From Rhynchopus sp. YZ270_cl-10 (Eukaryota), in NCBI GenBank assembly GCA_964035575.1, contig OZ037841.1, forward strand, positions 1,054,001-1,118,000: a stretch of 64,000 nucleotides of DNA, written 5' to 3'. Below the pieces are notes generated by a model, which was not told where the DNA came from, did not search any database, and was given only the letters and a program-made list of their open reading frames with translations. Made by a program: the position numbers and the translations under genes. Of this stretch, positions 35,244-44,871 are shown one piece after another; the first letter of the stretch is position 1, and each line of letters starts with the position of its first letter.

Positions 35244-37160
35244 ATGTCTTCAAGCTTCGAGGAGCTGCTGAAGAAGGCCAAGGTCCTTAAGACTAAGGCA
35301 AAGTCCCCTCTCGTGCGCCAGCGGCTCATCGCGATCTTGGAGTTACTCCTCGATCTCGCCTTTGACGACGAGGACGCTGGCCCCGCCCCCGCTAAACGGG
35401 CAAGGCTGGACACGGCGCCACCCCCTACAACGAACAGCAACAGCAACAGCAACAACAACAACAACAACAACACCCCTACAACGAACGACGAAGACGAGCA
35501 AATGGATACCTCACCACCCAAAGAGGCTAAGAAGAAGCCCGCACCGAAGGCACCGAAGAAGAAGAACGCCTGGGTCCACGTGAAGGACACCCGGACCAAC
35601 TCCTCGGCAGCAAAGAGAACGGCAGGTGCCCCGACGCAGCCCCCAGCGACGCAGGCGCTGCAACTGCGGCAGGAGGACTGGGGCATCCCCGTGAAGGTGC
35701 CCGCTGATTTTGACGGCGACGCACCACCAGCAAACGGGGTAATCCTTCTGCCCAAAGACGCAACAGAGGCAGAGCGGATTGAGTGGGTGACCCGCTTGAA
35801 GGGCTTGGCAAAGCTGAACGGCGGAGCTTACGCGGTACTCTCCTTCAGGCCTCTGTCCGCGTCACCGAAGGAGGAGCACAAGGATCCTATGCTCTTTAGC
35901 AAAGGAGACCTGACCGTGTGCCGCGACGTGTACCTCTGGTACGTGGGAGTGCAGTCGACGCCGAAGCTGCAGTATGCGCAAGCGGAGGTGACGGACTCCA
36001 CCACCGTGATCCACGCGGTTGTCGAGAAGAAGACCCTCAGCGCCTCGACGGTCAAACTTCTGGCCGACAAGAAGACCCGCGACTCCGCCATGGCGGCGTT
36101 GGTGAAGCGTGCGACGAAGCAGCTGGATGTGGTTACTGCGCATAACCGCATATTCAACCTCTTCGACTACAAGGACCAGGCCCTGGTATCAGTGCGCGTG
36201 CCAGCGGAGAGGAAGATGGACCTGCTGCGCAGTAGTGGGAAGTACGGTGTGTTCTGGCGCACTACATCGTATGTGAAGGGAGGGTATGCAGAGCCTGTCT
36301 TCTGGTTCAAGTCCGAGGCGACGGTGAAGGATGCGCTGCGTGTGCACGAAGCGGTGAAGAGCGATGGTGTCGTTTGGTCCGGCAATCGGTACGGTTTGAG
36401 GATGAGCAGCATCGACGACCTGCCTAAGTTCCGCACAGCAGGTGGCAACTTGGCGTGCGAACCTCGTGACGAAGCGGTACAGCTGTACGAAGTGCGTGGT
36501 GCCTCTTCCACAGAGGAGGCGGATGATGTGATGCGCTCGCTGAGGACGCAGTGGGAGTGCGCCTCCCGCAAGACGTACCGATCGGGGAGGTTCTTAGTGA
36601 TCATTGTCGAGAGCACGACTGCCCCCCAATGGTCGGTCTTCCGCCGCGGTAGCAAGTCGTCACTCCATGTCACACCATGCACCAAGGAGGCTCTGCGCAA
36701 CAAGAAGAGCAAAGCCATGAAGTTCATCGGGACAGTGCGAAAGCAGAAGGTGACCCTCTCGATGGAGGACTTCCCGCCACTGAGCCCCGACCCCACCAAT
36801 ACGATCAGGGGCGTGAAGCGTTCTGCGTCCGGCCAGCCTGCGCCTACACCGACACCGGCAACAGCAGACGCTCCGACCTCCATCTTCCAAAGGCTGGGAA
36901 CCGCAATGTTCTCTCTCTCACGGTCCCGGGACAGGGAGGATATGAAAGAGGACGTGGATCTGCCTGACGCCGACTCGTCGGGGGGTGAGGAGGAGGATGC
37001 GCATGTGCACGACTGGACACAGGCGGGCACAGTGTTAGTGAAGGCAACGGACGCCACTTGTGCATGCTGTACTAGCTCGATACCGGTGTCCCACGGTGCG
37101 AAGAAGTGCCCAGGATGCGACGCACTCATCTGTGCCACGTGCTTCGGCAACAGCCAGTGA
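35244..37160 (+). CDS. Element B ORF1, with C-terminal Cys-rich zinc finger
   Basis: Homologous to element A ORF1. Ends HDW..CACC..CPGC..ICATC, then a TGA in frame with ORF2. Confidence 0.8.
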   Translation: MSSSFEELLKKAKVLKTKAKSPLVRQRLIAILELLLDLAFDDEDAGPAPAKRARLDTAPPPTTNSNSNSNNNNNNNTPTTNDEDEQMDTSPPKEAKKKPAPKAPKKKNAWVHVKDTRTNSSAAKRTAGAPTQPPATQALQLRQEDWGIPVKVPADFDGDAPPANGVILLPKDATEAERIEWVTRLKGLAKLNGGAYAVLSFRPLSASPKEEHKDPMLFSKGDLTVCRDVYLWYVGVQSTPKLQYAQAEVTDSTTVIHAVVEKKTLSASTVKLLADKKTRDSAMAALVKRATKQLDVVTAHNRIFNLFDYKDQALVSVRVPAERKMDLLRSSGKYGVFWRTTSYVKGGYAEPVFWFKSEATVKDALRVHEAVKSDGVVWSGNRYGLRMSSIDDLPKFRTAGGNLACEPRDEAVQLYEVRGASSTEEADDVMRSLRTQWECASRKTYRSGRFLVIIVESTTAPQWSVFRRGSKSSLHVTPCTKEALRNKKSKAMKFIGTVRKQKVTLSMEDFPPLSPDPTNTIRGVKRSASGQPAPTPTPATADAPTSIFQRLGTAMFSLSRSRDREDMKEDVDLPDADSSGGEEEDAHVHDWTQAGTVLVKATDATCACCTSSIPVSHGAKKCPGCDALICATCFGNSQ

Positions 37161-40100
37161 CTTGAGCCGCAACACGTTAAACACGTGTCAACTACGAATC
37201 AGCAGCGACTTGTCACATCCGGTAGCGTTCACCCACACCCCGGACCCAAGAAAGCCAAGCCATCTGGCAAGACCGGTACGCACAACAACCGCGCAGCCGG
37301 CCCACCAGCAGCGAAGAAACAGCGCACCGCTGCCGCCAGCACAGGACCACCTTTGTCTGCCGTACCACCTGCAAGCGAAGGCTGCATAACAGTCACCACC
37401 TGCAACGTAACATCATACGCGAACCACGCTGCCTGCACGCTTGCGTTGAACAGCACAGTGCTTTGCCTGCAGGAAGTGAAGCTGACGGAAGAAGGTGCCC
37501 GCAGGATGGAAGCCGACCTCCCGCCTGTCTGGAAGCCATTATGGGGCAGACCGCAGCCTGGATACATGCTTGCAGGTATCCGCCACCCCACCATTGCGGA
37601 GAGGGGCGGTGTAGCCACACTAGTGCGCAGACCCTCGAGCGCATTCCATGACAACACGTTGACCGACATCAACTTGTTCCACGACAGGATACAGCTCACG
37701 CGTCTGGCCCTGGGGGCGGGAGGCGTGTTCCTGTATATCTTCAACGTGTACGCTCACTCAGGCTCTAAAGGAGGGAGGAAGAAGGATCGCGAGAAACTTC
37801 TGCACTGCGTCCTCAACACCATGCCTAATGCACTAGGGAAGGACGTGCCGGTGGTTGTGTGCGGTGACCTGAACACCTCTGTCTCTGCGTCGTACATTCT
37901 GCGGGAAGCGGTGAAGTCTGGGTGGACTGACGCTGCTGTGGTGCAGGCCCAAAGGCTCGGTTGTGTCCCTCCTCCAACCTTCATGCGACGCGACTCTGAA
38001 GGTACGCGGATTGACCACGTACTGCTGAATGAGGTGGCGGCCGCTGCTTTGTCCAGGTGTACGACGCACCACGTGGGAGTACCGCTGCACAGCGCTGTCA
38101 CTGTGGAGCTCTCTCTTGCCGCCTTCACACAACTAGTCTACCGATTTGTTGTGCCGAAGGATCTGTCGATGGTGAAGCCTGACCTGAGTGTGCAGAGATC
38201 AGCACAATGCGCCGCTCTCCTGGCTGCGAAGGGCTTCCACGAAGCTGAAGCACGTCTGGACGTACATGACATGTGGAATGCGGTGTCGCAGGCTAGTGAG
38301 GAGTACCTACTTCTGTGTGCGAGAGACGATGGCATCCCCACGAATCGTGGCCACCGTGGCCGTGGTGAGGTGAGGCAGCCGGTGCAGAAAACGATCGCAG
38401 CCCCGACGACGAAATACTCGACAGGTGCAGCACCCCCTCGACAGGTGGAGCTGGCCCGCCTGGCGAATATGTCTCTGGAGCTCCAGATTCAACTAAAGAG
38501 ACTGGCGAATGGGGGGTTCACCGTGCTGGAGCACAAGACCTACTGCCTGTGGGCATCGACACTCCGGAAATGCAAGGAACTGCGTGTGCGTGACCTGTCT
38601 GTGGACGAACTTCCCCTGGGCATAGCAGAGCAGCTGACGCTAGCAGCGGACCTCCACACTACCTCTGCGACACTGGCGAGTGACCTGGGCAGGGACAATC
38701 GAGTCTACAGGGAAAAGCAACTGAAGCTGAAGGCGGTGCACAACTTCGACGTGGACCGGAAGAAGCTCACGGCCTTCTGCAGGGGTACCCTGCCGGACGA
38801 TCTGCTGGCTGTGGCTAGAAGAGACGGGACCCTGACGGCCAACGCACAAGAGATGGATGCCATCCTCCAGGAAGAGTGGAAATCTGTATTCCAGCTCTAC
38901 CGCGAGTGCCCTGAACCGGAGTATGACGACTTTGATGCTGTGTTTGGGAAACATGTAGCGAAGCACAACATGGATTTGCTCCCTCTCACTGGGGAGGACC
39001 TGGACCGCGTTCTGCAGAGTAAGAAGAAGTCAGGCGCATGTGGTGTCGATGGGTGGCGCATGGGTGAGCTGAAGCGCCTTCCTGTGGTCCTGCTGAATGC
39101 GTTTGCCACAACGTTCAACGAGATCGAAGAATCCGGCACGTGGCCTGAAGCGTTGCTCACTGCGCTTGTGACGCTCACTCCAAAGGGAGAGGGAAAGGGC
39201 CCACTGGACCACCGCCCGATCACCGTGACGAGCAGTGTCTACAGACTCTGGGCGTCAGCACGAGTACGTAGTATCCAGAAGTGGCAAGAAACCTGGATTC
39301 ACAAGGACCAACACGGCTTCCGCCCTCGCCACGGGGCTCACAACGTCCTGTTCGACATCTGCACGCAGCTGGAAGACGCACTGTCTGGCGGAGAACCGCT
39401 GTACGGCCTTGCACTTGACTTTGCTAAGTGCTTTGACCGTGTCCCCCAGAAGCTTACCCTCGAGCTCGCAGCACGACTAGGGCTACACCCCCGCATTCTG
39501 CAGCCGCTCCGCACCATGTACGAGCAACTTCAACGTAGGTTCCAGCTTCCACTTGGCGTGGGTACCCCGTTCAGAGTGACGAACGGCATCCTCCAAGGAT
39601 GCCCCATCAGCGTCGTCTTGATTAATGCGCTCGTCGCAGTGCTGCTGAAGGACCTGGACAGCTGCAAGAACACCTGCTCACGTGCGTACGCGGACGACAT
39701 CACCCTCCTGTCACGGAAGTCGATGAACAGCTTAGAGCCATGCCTGCGCATTGTGGAGAGGTTTTGTGCCATCACCGGAATGAAACTTAACGACACCAAA
39801 ACCGTTGCATTTGGATCACGTGAGAGCTTCACCAGCACTCTTGTCTCGAACACAGGTCACAGGTACAAAACACTGGTGAAGGTCAAGATCCTAGGGGTCT
39901 ACCTCTACTGCTCGAAGCACTCTCGACGCTCCTCTCCGGAACGAGTCCGCAAGGCCATTGCAGCCCTGCAACGCCTACGATGTATGCCGCTGGCTTTCTA
40001 CCACAAGTATAGAATTGTGTCAGAATGCATCCTCCCGGGTGCGCTGTATGAGGTCCCGTACGCTCTGCCCTCGCAGTCTAGCTTGAAGGAACTCTCCACC

Positions 40101-41549
40101 GCCGTCAACACCTGCCTCTGGGGCAGTGACTATGGGACACGCGCAGGCCTCGCAATACGCACCGTTTTATTGAAGAGCCACCGCACTGACCCGGCTGCCA
40201 TCATCTGCAACCGGTCCATGAACGTCGTGCTTGACCACATAGCATTTGACGCAACACTGAGAGAACGATGCCTGTCGATACACAAGAGGTACAACGCAGG
40301 AGGAGGCTGGGACTTCCGCCCCCACGGGCCGGTCGGCAACATGACCTCCACTAGCATACTGACAGGCGTGAGATGGTGTGACGACCTAACAACCGTTACG
40401 GAGCTCTCGAGTGCCCCCGTGGAAGAAGAGAAGACACACGCCCTAGGTCTTCTCGCGCCAGGTGAACGACACCACGCCATTCGCGAAATCGTCCGACGAC
40501 AGAAGTTCACAGATCTTGCCTTGGACAGACCGACTTACGACGGCGCTCAATACGGTGTCAACCTCGCCGACACCACGTACCTGCACGACCAACTGCAGTG
40601 GTCCCACCCCCTGCTAGCTTACCGCCTCCGACGTATCATCTGCGATGGGATACTCTACGCGCACCCTACGGTGCTGTGCCTATACGAGTCAACAAAGAGA
40701 GGTGGCATACACCTCGAAGTGAATCAGTGCCCCTTATGCCTCACACCAACCTCCGGGCTGGCGAAGCACCTGCTGTGGACTTGCCCGCACACTGTGTCTG
40801 CTAACGTGAAGGAAGCGCACCGCCCTCTCCTCGACAGGATCGGCCCGAACACCCCGAGTTGCCTGGCTATGCATGGCATAGCTCCCACGAACACGCCCAA
40901 GCACGTAGTAACCGACATGCAGAGATACCTGCTGGACGTCACCACCGCAGTAGATGATCACCTGTCCTCGCGGACGACCACAGCGCCTGCACGCCACCCA
41001 TGGCGTATGGACTTTGAAGTGTTCGATGCGCCCCCATACCAGGAGGCCATCTACCGGCAGCTCGCCCCTTTCTTTGGGAAGGACGATGATCCGAGATGCA
41101 AGCAGAAGCGCCGCGAACTGAAGCAAATGCTCCTATGGGCCTCCTCCCTGAAATGGAGCACCGCCAACCTGCCTGTGACATGCGTGGAACTTGCCATTGA
41201 CCTGGAAATTTTCCACAGGATCTACGTTCTCCGGCCAACCTCTAACATTAGAGAACGGGCCGCCGCCTTGCGCACATTGCTCAACAAGCTTCACCGCCTG
41301 TGCAAAGCCCTTGGGATTCAAAACCCATTTCCCGCATCTGCCATCTCCTCCTCACGGGGCCTCCGGTCCATTGGCGCACCCGGACTTATTGGCTACGACC
41401 GTCGCCCAGTTTTTACGTACCCGCGCTACACTATGCACATGCTCGAACACGTCATCGTACGTGCCAAAATTACGAACTCCGGCTGGGGAAATGACATCAT
41501 CCCTGACAACAAACTTGTAGAAGCCAGCGCAGCTGAAGCTGTGCGATAA
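37161..41549 (+). CDS. Element B ORF2: 2A-like peptide + APE + reverse transcriptase + CCHC finger + C-terminal domain
   Basis: APE motifs TCNVTS, CLQEV, NVYAHS, GDLN, RIDH. RT motifs HRPITV, QHGFR, LDFAKCFD, GILQGCPIS, YADD. Finger CPLC-x8-HLLWTC. Confidence 0.93.
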   Translation, partial: LEPQHVKHVSTTNQQRLVTSGSVHPHPGPKKAKPSGKTGTHNNRAAGPPAAKKQRTAAASTGPPLSAVPPASEGCITVTTCNVTSYANHAACTLALNSTVLCLQEVKLTEEGARRMEADLPPVWKPLWGRPQPGYMLAGIRHPTIAERGGVATLVRRPSSAFHDNTLTDINLFHDRIQLTRLALGAGGVFLYIFNVYAHSGSKGGRKKDREKLLHCVLNTMPNALGKDVPVVVCGDLNTSVSASYILREAVKSGWTDAAVVQAQRLGCVPPPTFMRRDSEGTRIDHVLLNEVAAAALSRCTTHHVGVPLHSAVTVELSLAAFTQLVYRFVVPKDLSMVKPDLSVQRSAQCAALLAAKGFHEAEARLDVHDMWNAVSQASEEYLLLCARDDGIPTNRGHRGRGEVRQPVQKTIAAPTTKYSTGAAPPRQVELARLANMSLELQIQLKRLANGGFTVLEHKTYCLWASTLRKCKELRVRDLSVDELPLGIAEQLTLAADLHTTSATLASDLGRDNRVYREKQLKLKAVHNFDVDRKKLTAFCRGTLPDDLLAVARRDGTLTANAQEMDAILQEEWKSVFQLYRECPEPEYDDFDAVFGKHVAKHNMDLLPLTGEDLDRVLQSKKKSGACGVDGWRMGELKRLPVVLLNAFATTFNEIEESGTWPEALLTALVTLTPKGEGKGPLDHRPITVTSSVYRLWASARVRSIQKWQETWIHKDQHGFRPRHGAHNVLFDICTQLEDALSGGEPLYGLALDFAKCFDRVPQKLTLELAARLGLHPRILQPLRTMYEQLQRRFQLPLGVGTPFRVTNGILQGCPISVVLINALVAVLLKDLDSCKNTCSRAYADDITLLSRKSMNSLEPCLRIVERFCAITGMKLNDTKTVAFGSRESFTSTLVSNTGHRYKTLVKVKILGVYLYCSKHSRRSSPERVRKAIAALQRLRCMPLAFYHKYRIVSECILPGALYEVPYALPSQSSLKELSTAVNTCLWGSDYGTRAGLAIRTVLLKSHRTDPAAIICNRSMNVVLDHIAFDATLRERCLSIHKRYNAGGGWDFRPHGPVGNMTSTSILTGVRWCDDLTTVTELSSAPVEEEKTHALGLLAPGERHHAIREIVRRQKFTDLALDRPTYDGAQYGVNLADTTYLHDQLQWSHPLLAYRLRRIICDGILYAHPTVLCLYESTKRGGIHLEVNQCPLCLTPTSGLAKHLLWTCPHTVSANVKEAHRPLLDRIGPNTPSCLAMHGIAPTNTPKHVVTDMQRYLLDVTTAVDDHLSSRTTTAPARHPWRMDFEVFDAPPYQEAIYRQLAPFFGKDDDPRCKQKRRELKQMLLWASSLKWSTANLPVTCVELAIDLEIFHRIYVLRPTSNIRERAAALRTLLNKLHRLCKALGIQNPFPASAISSSRGLRSIGAPGLIGYDRRPVFTYPRYTMHMLEHVIVRAKITNSGWGNDIIPDNKLVEASAAEAVR

Positions 41550-41561
41550 CGAATATGATAA

Positions 41562-41600
41562 GGTGACTGAGCACGAGAGGCTTAGGATCATCTTATAAAC
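41562..41600 (+). repeat. Family-B 3' terminal hairpin (other copies ~3340, 8848, 16436, 16494, 18130, 19049, 20148, 44441, 54116, 58640, 61048)
   Basis: Consensus GGTGA-CTAAGC-ACGAGAG-GCTTAG-GT-TCATC-TTATAAAC(T)n; it begins 12 nt after the ORF2 stop. Confidence 0.85.
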
Positions 41601-42917
41601 TTTTCTTTTTTTTTCTCCTCTCAAGATATGTGTGCACGACAGCAGTGCCATCTTATCACGTCCGTCTTTTTTGTTTTCGCTAATAATATAGAACCCAACT
41701 CTCTCTACGTATTGTTTCTTTTTTTTTATATGCGCAATGTTTCGTGGAAGAAAAGCTGAATAAAAACGACAAAAAGCCCTCGGACGACTCTTTGCTAACA
41801 ACCAACTACAGTTCATGCACCTTTGTGTGTCCGTATACTGTTTCTTTTTCTCTCTTTTCCCTCTCTCTCTTTCCCCCCCCTCAGTCAACCCCCAAGAGCA
41901 ACACTCCGGGGGTTTTGATAACCCGCGGAATGTCAATGCCTGCGTCCCAGAGGCGTTTTGCATTATCACCTTCCCCCCCTTTTTTTTTTCTCTTTTTCTT
42001 CCTGACACCACCCCATTTCCCTTCCAGCTGTTGTGTTATGGTGAACACCTACACCTACCAAATGCGAGAGGACCGAACCCTCCACTTTTCCCTCAAGTTG
42101 AGGGCCGCGGTCCACAGAGGAGCAGAATAGCAAAGGGAGGGTGAATAGGTGCCAGGGCCCAGCCAAAGCATTAAGGGCGAGTCATATGTGGCAACACTGT
42201 GCTTTATCAGGTTCCTGCGTATGAAAGCTTCGCCATGAAGGTCAGTGTCTATAAGCAGCTCCCTTTGTGTGACACTGCGTAGGGTTGGATAATCCCACGG
42301 AATGTCAGTGGTCTGTCCCCCAGAAGGTCAGAAAGTTGCATATTTTTTCGACCTTCTGGTGTGGGTCCACGAAAAGAACCCTTGGGGAATTGGGTTGAGT
42401 CGCACCTTCATATTTTTTTCCCCTTTCTCTGACATACTCGGGCACACTCATATTATTTGTTCGAGTGTTTTACATTTGTTCTCTTCTTTCCCCCATCTTT
42501 TTTGTTTTGTTTTTGCGAATTATGCCTGCGTGTGGATGACGAGAAAACCTGAAAAGCGTTATTCTAGGGTGCTAGGTTGGTGGGTAGCTCGGGGTGTAGT
42601 AAAAAAAAATCACAAAAAAAATCAAATCATGAGGGGGTAAAACCCACAGGATGAAGTCTTTTTTTGTGATAGCCTCATAGTGAGTTTGTTGTTGTTGTTG
42701 TTGTTGTGGGGTTCATCATTTGTACCCCATCTCCTCACCCAAGATGCGATAACTATTAGCGTAACGTGCTGAAACAATAAAAAGTATAGTGAAGCATATC
42801 CTCGGGTATCTACACTAATACTACCAAGTTTTCTAAATAAAGAAAACAAAAAATAAAAAATACTGCGACTAGGGAAATTGGGGTTTTGCACAAAGCGAGG
42901 CAAACCCTTCCCATATA

Positions 42918-43355
42918 CCGTCTTTTGAAAAAATATGGACCAGAAATAACATGGACCAGAATAATGATGGACCAGAACAATTATGGACCTTTTGGGATTT
43001 TTTTTTTTTATGGACCTATTTTTCTGGTCCGACACATGTGTGGGGTTTTTTTGTACTTGTCCAGAATTTTGACAGGGAGTCGCGCGCGCGAAGCGCGTGC
43101 GACGACCGCTTGTGTGGGGAGAAAGCTCGGAATGGGTCTACCGGGCCACATATAAGCCGAGATGCCCCGCCAACGTGCGGTACCGAAAGCTCGGAATGGG
43201 TCTGAAAATGGACAAGTTCAAAAAAAAAGCCTAACACAGATGGACCAGAAATAACATGGACCAGAACAATGATGGACCAGAACAATTATGGACTTTTTGG
43301 GATTTTTTTTTTTTTATGGACCTATTTTTCTGGTCCATAATTTTTCAAAAGACGG
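42918..43355. mobile_element. Tc1/mariner-type MITE
   Basis: About 29-bp TIR CCGTCTTTTGAAAAAATATGGACCAGAAA with one mismatch. TA on both sides (42916-17, 43356-57). Internal ATGGACCAGAA repeats and a central GC palindrome. Confidence 0.85.
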
Positions 43356-44871
43356 TATTTTCTTACACTTTCTTTCTGATGTGTATGTGCGGGCATATCT
43401 CATCTCTCTTTGTTTTTCATTTTTATGTCAACGGCAAAAAAAAGGCTACAGAAACTCCGATTCCCTCCCGTTTATTCCCTCTTTTCCCAATGTCATTTCC
43501 TCGCCGTACTTCCAAAAATGGAAAATATAAAGTTAAACCCAAGAAAATGCCAGGTCCTTTTTTTTAAAAGATGTGCAAGATGTCCAATTCCCTCAATTTT
43601 AAAACTGCGAGAAGATTTTTAGTTTTTGTGCAAGATACTCGGGGGGGCTGCACAGTGTTGCGGTCTCTGTGTGATTGTATTGTCACAGTGAGAACCATTT
43701 TCCAAATTTTAAAAAACAAGCAAAAAAAAAAAAAAAAAACCACCTTTTTCTGAAGGTGCCGTTCCACAAAATAGTGTGTATCTTTTGTTAGCATGACAAA
43801 CCCCCCATTTTTCCAACAAAGTTTTCCCCCTCACTTTCTTTGCGTGATTTAACAACACAGGAGTCACGACGGCGGTTTCCGTGAGGTTGTCGTCCAAAAT
43901 CAAACACAATTTTGGGCAAGATTTGGTGTTCCCAGCCAGCAATGCTGCACGATGTGTGTGCTCAACGAGGCACATTCATCATTAAGTTTTTTTCTTCTTC
44001 TTTTATTTGCACTTTCAACTTCTCTTTTTTGATTGAAAAAAAAATATGTGTTCTCGCGCCAAACCACTCAGTGTGTTTTGCATTATTTTTTGCAATTTCC
44101 TTCATACAATGTAGAACGGCCTGTCATGACTGGAAATTTTTTGGGCACGACGGGAGTGGGTCGAGCATTTTTATATATTTCCAACCGTTATGCTTGTATG
44201 TATGTTTCATTTTATTTTGTGTTGCGTGCATTTTTTTTTAAAGATATGCGAAAGCCAGACAAGGTGGCCATTCATGGTCAATGGAGCGACGAAAGAAACT
44301 AATAACCAAAAAAGGCAAAAAAAAAAGCAAAGCGACGCTCATCCCCTCCCCTGTTCTGAAAAAAGGTTGTGTTTGAAAAATCAATGGGTAATTCCAACCT
44401 GCGTGGAAGGTTTCCCAGGATGGGTTCCCCCCTTGTTGAAGATGACTAACCACGAGAGGCTTAGGTTCATCTTATAAAACTTTTCTTTATTTTGCTCGCA
44501 CAAGGCAAAACCGAACCGTCTCCGAACAAAAACAAAATAATCTGGTTTAAGAACGAAGAAAAACAAAAAGATAAGAAATAACACACAAAAAATTGAATAC
44601 GAAACACAACACCATGCACCTCTCCATTTTCTTTCACCCTCCCTCCTCTCCCTCCTCCCCCCTCCTCCCTCCTCCCCTCCCCCCCTCCACCACATCCCCA
44701 ATAGATGACACACATCCTACACAAAAAACGCCTTGAGAGAGCACACCCCTCTCTCTCCTCTCCCGAGGGTTTCCGTTCCACCACAACACGGCCTACCTTA
44801 CGTTGCACCATACTGTGAGGTTCTGCCCTCTACCCTGAGAGGTTGAGGGGGTTGTTCCCGCTACAACAACA

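Larger units (their letters stand above)
35030..41600 (+). mobile_element. Full-length non-LTR retrotransposon (LINE-like), element B
   Basis: SL-like relic TTTCTGTACTTCATTG at the 5' end, ORF1, in-frame APE-RT ORF2, and 3' hairpin GGTGACTGAGCACGAGAGGCTTAGGATCATCTTATAAAC. Confidence 0.9.

Noticed and set aside
42148..42165. GGTGCCAGGGCCCAG resembling part of the ingi/L1Tc 77-79 bp signature (HDV-like ribozyme)
   Set aside because: Short match only; the pairing 5' CCCTGGC segment and the downstream part are missing.
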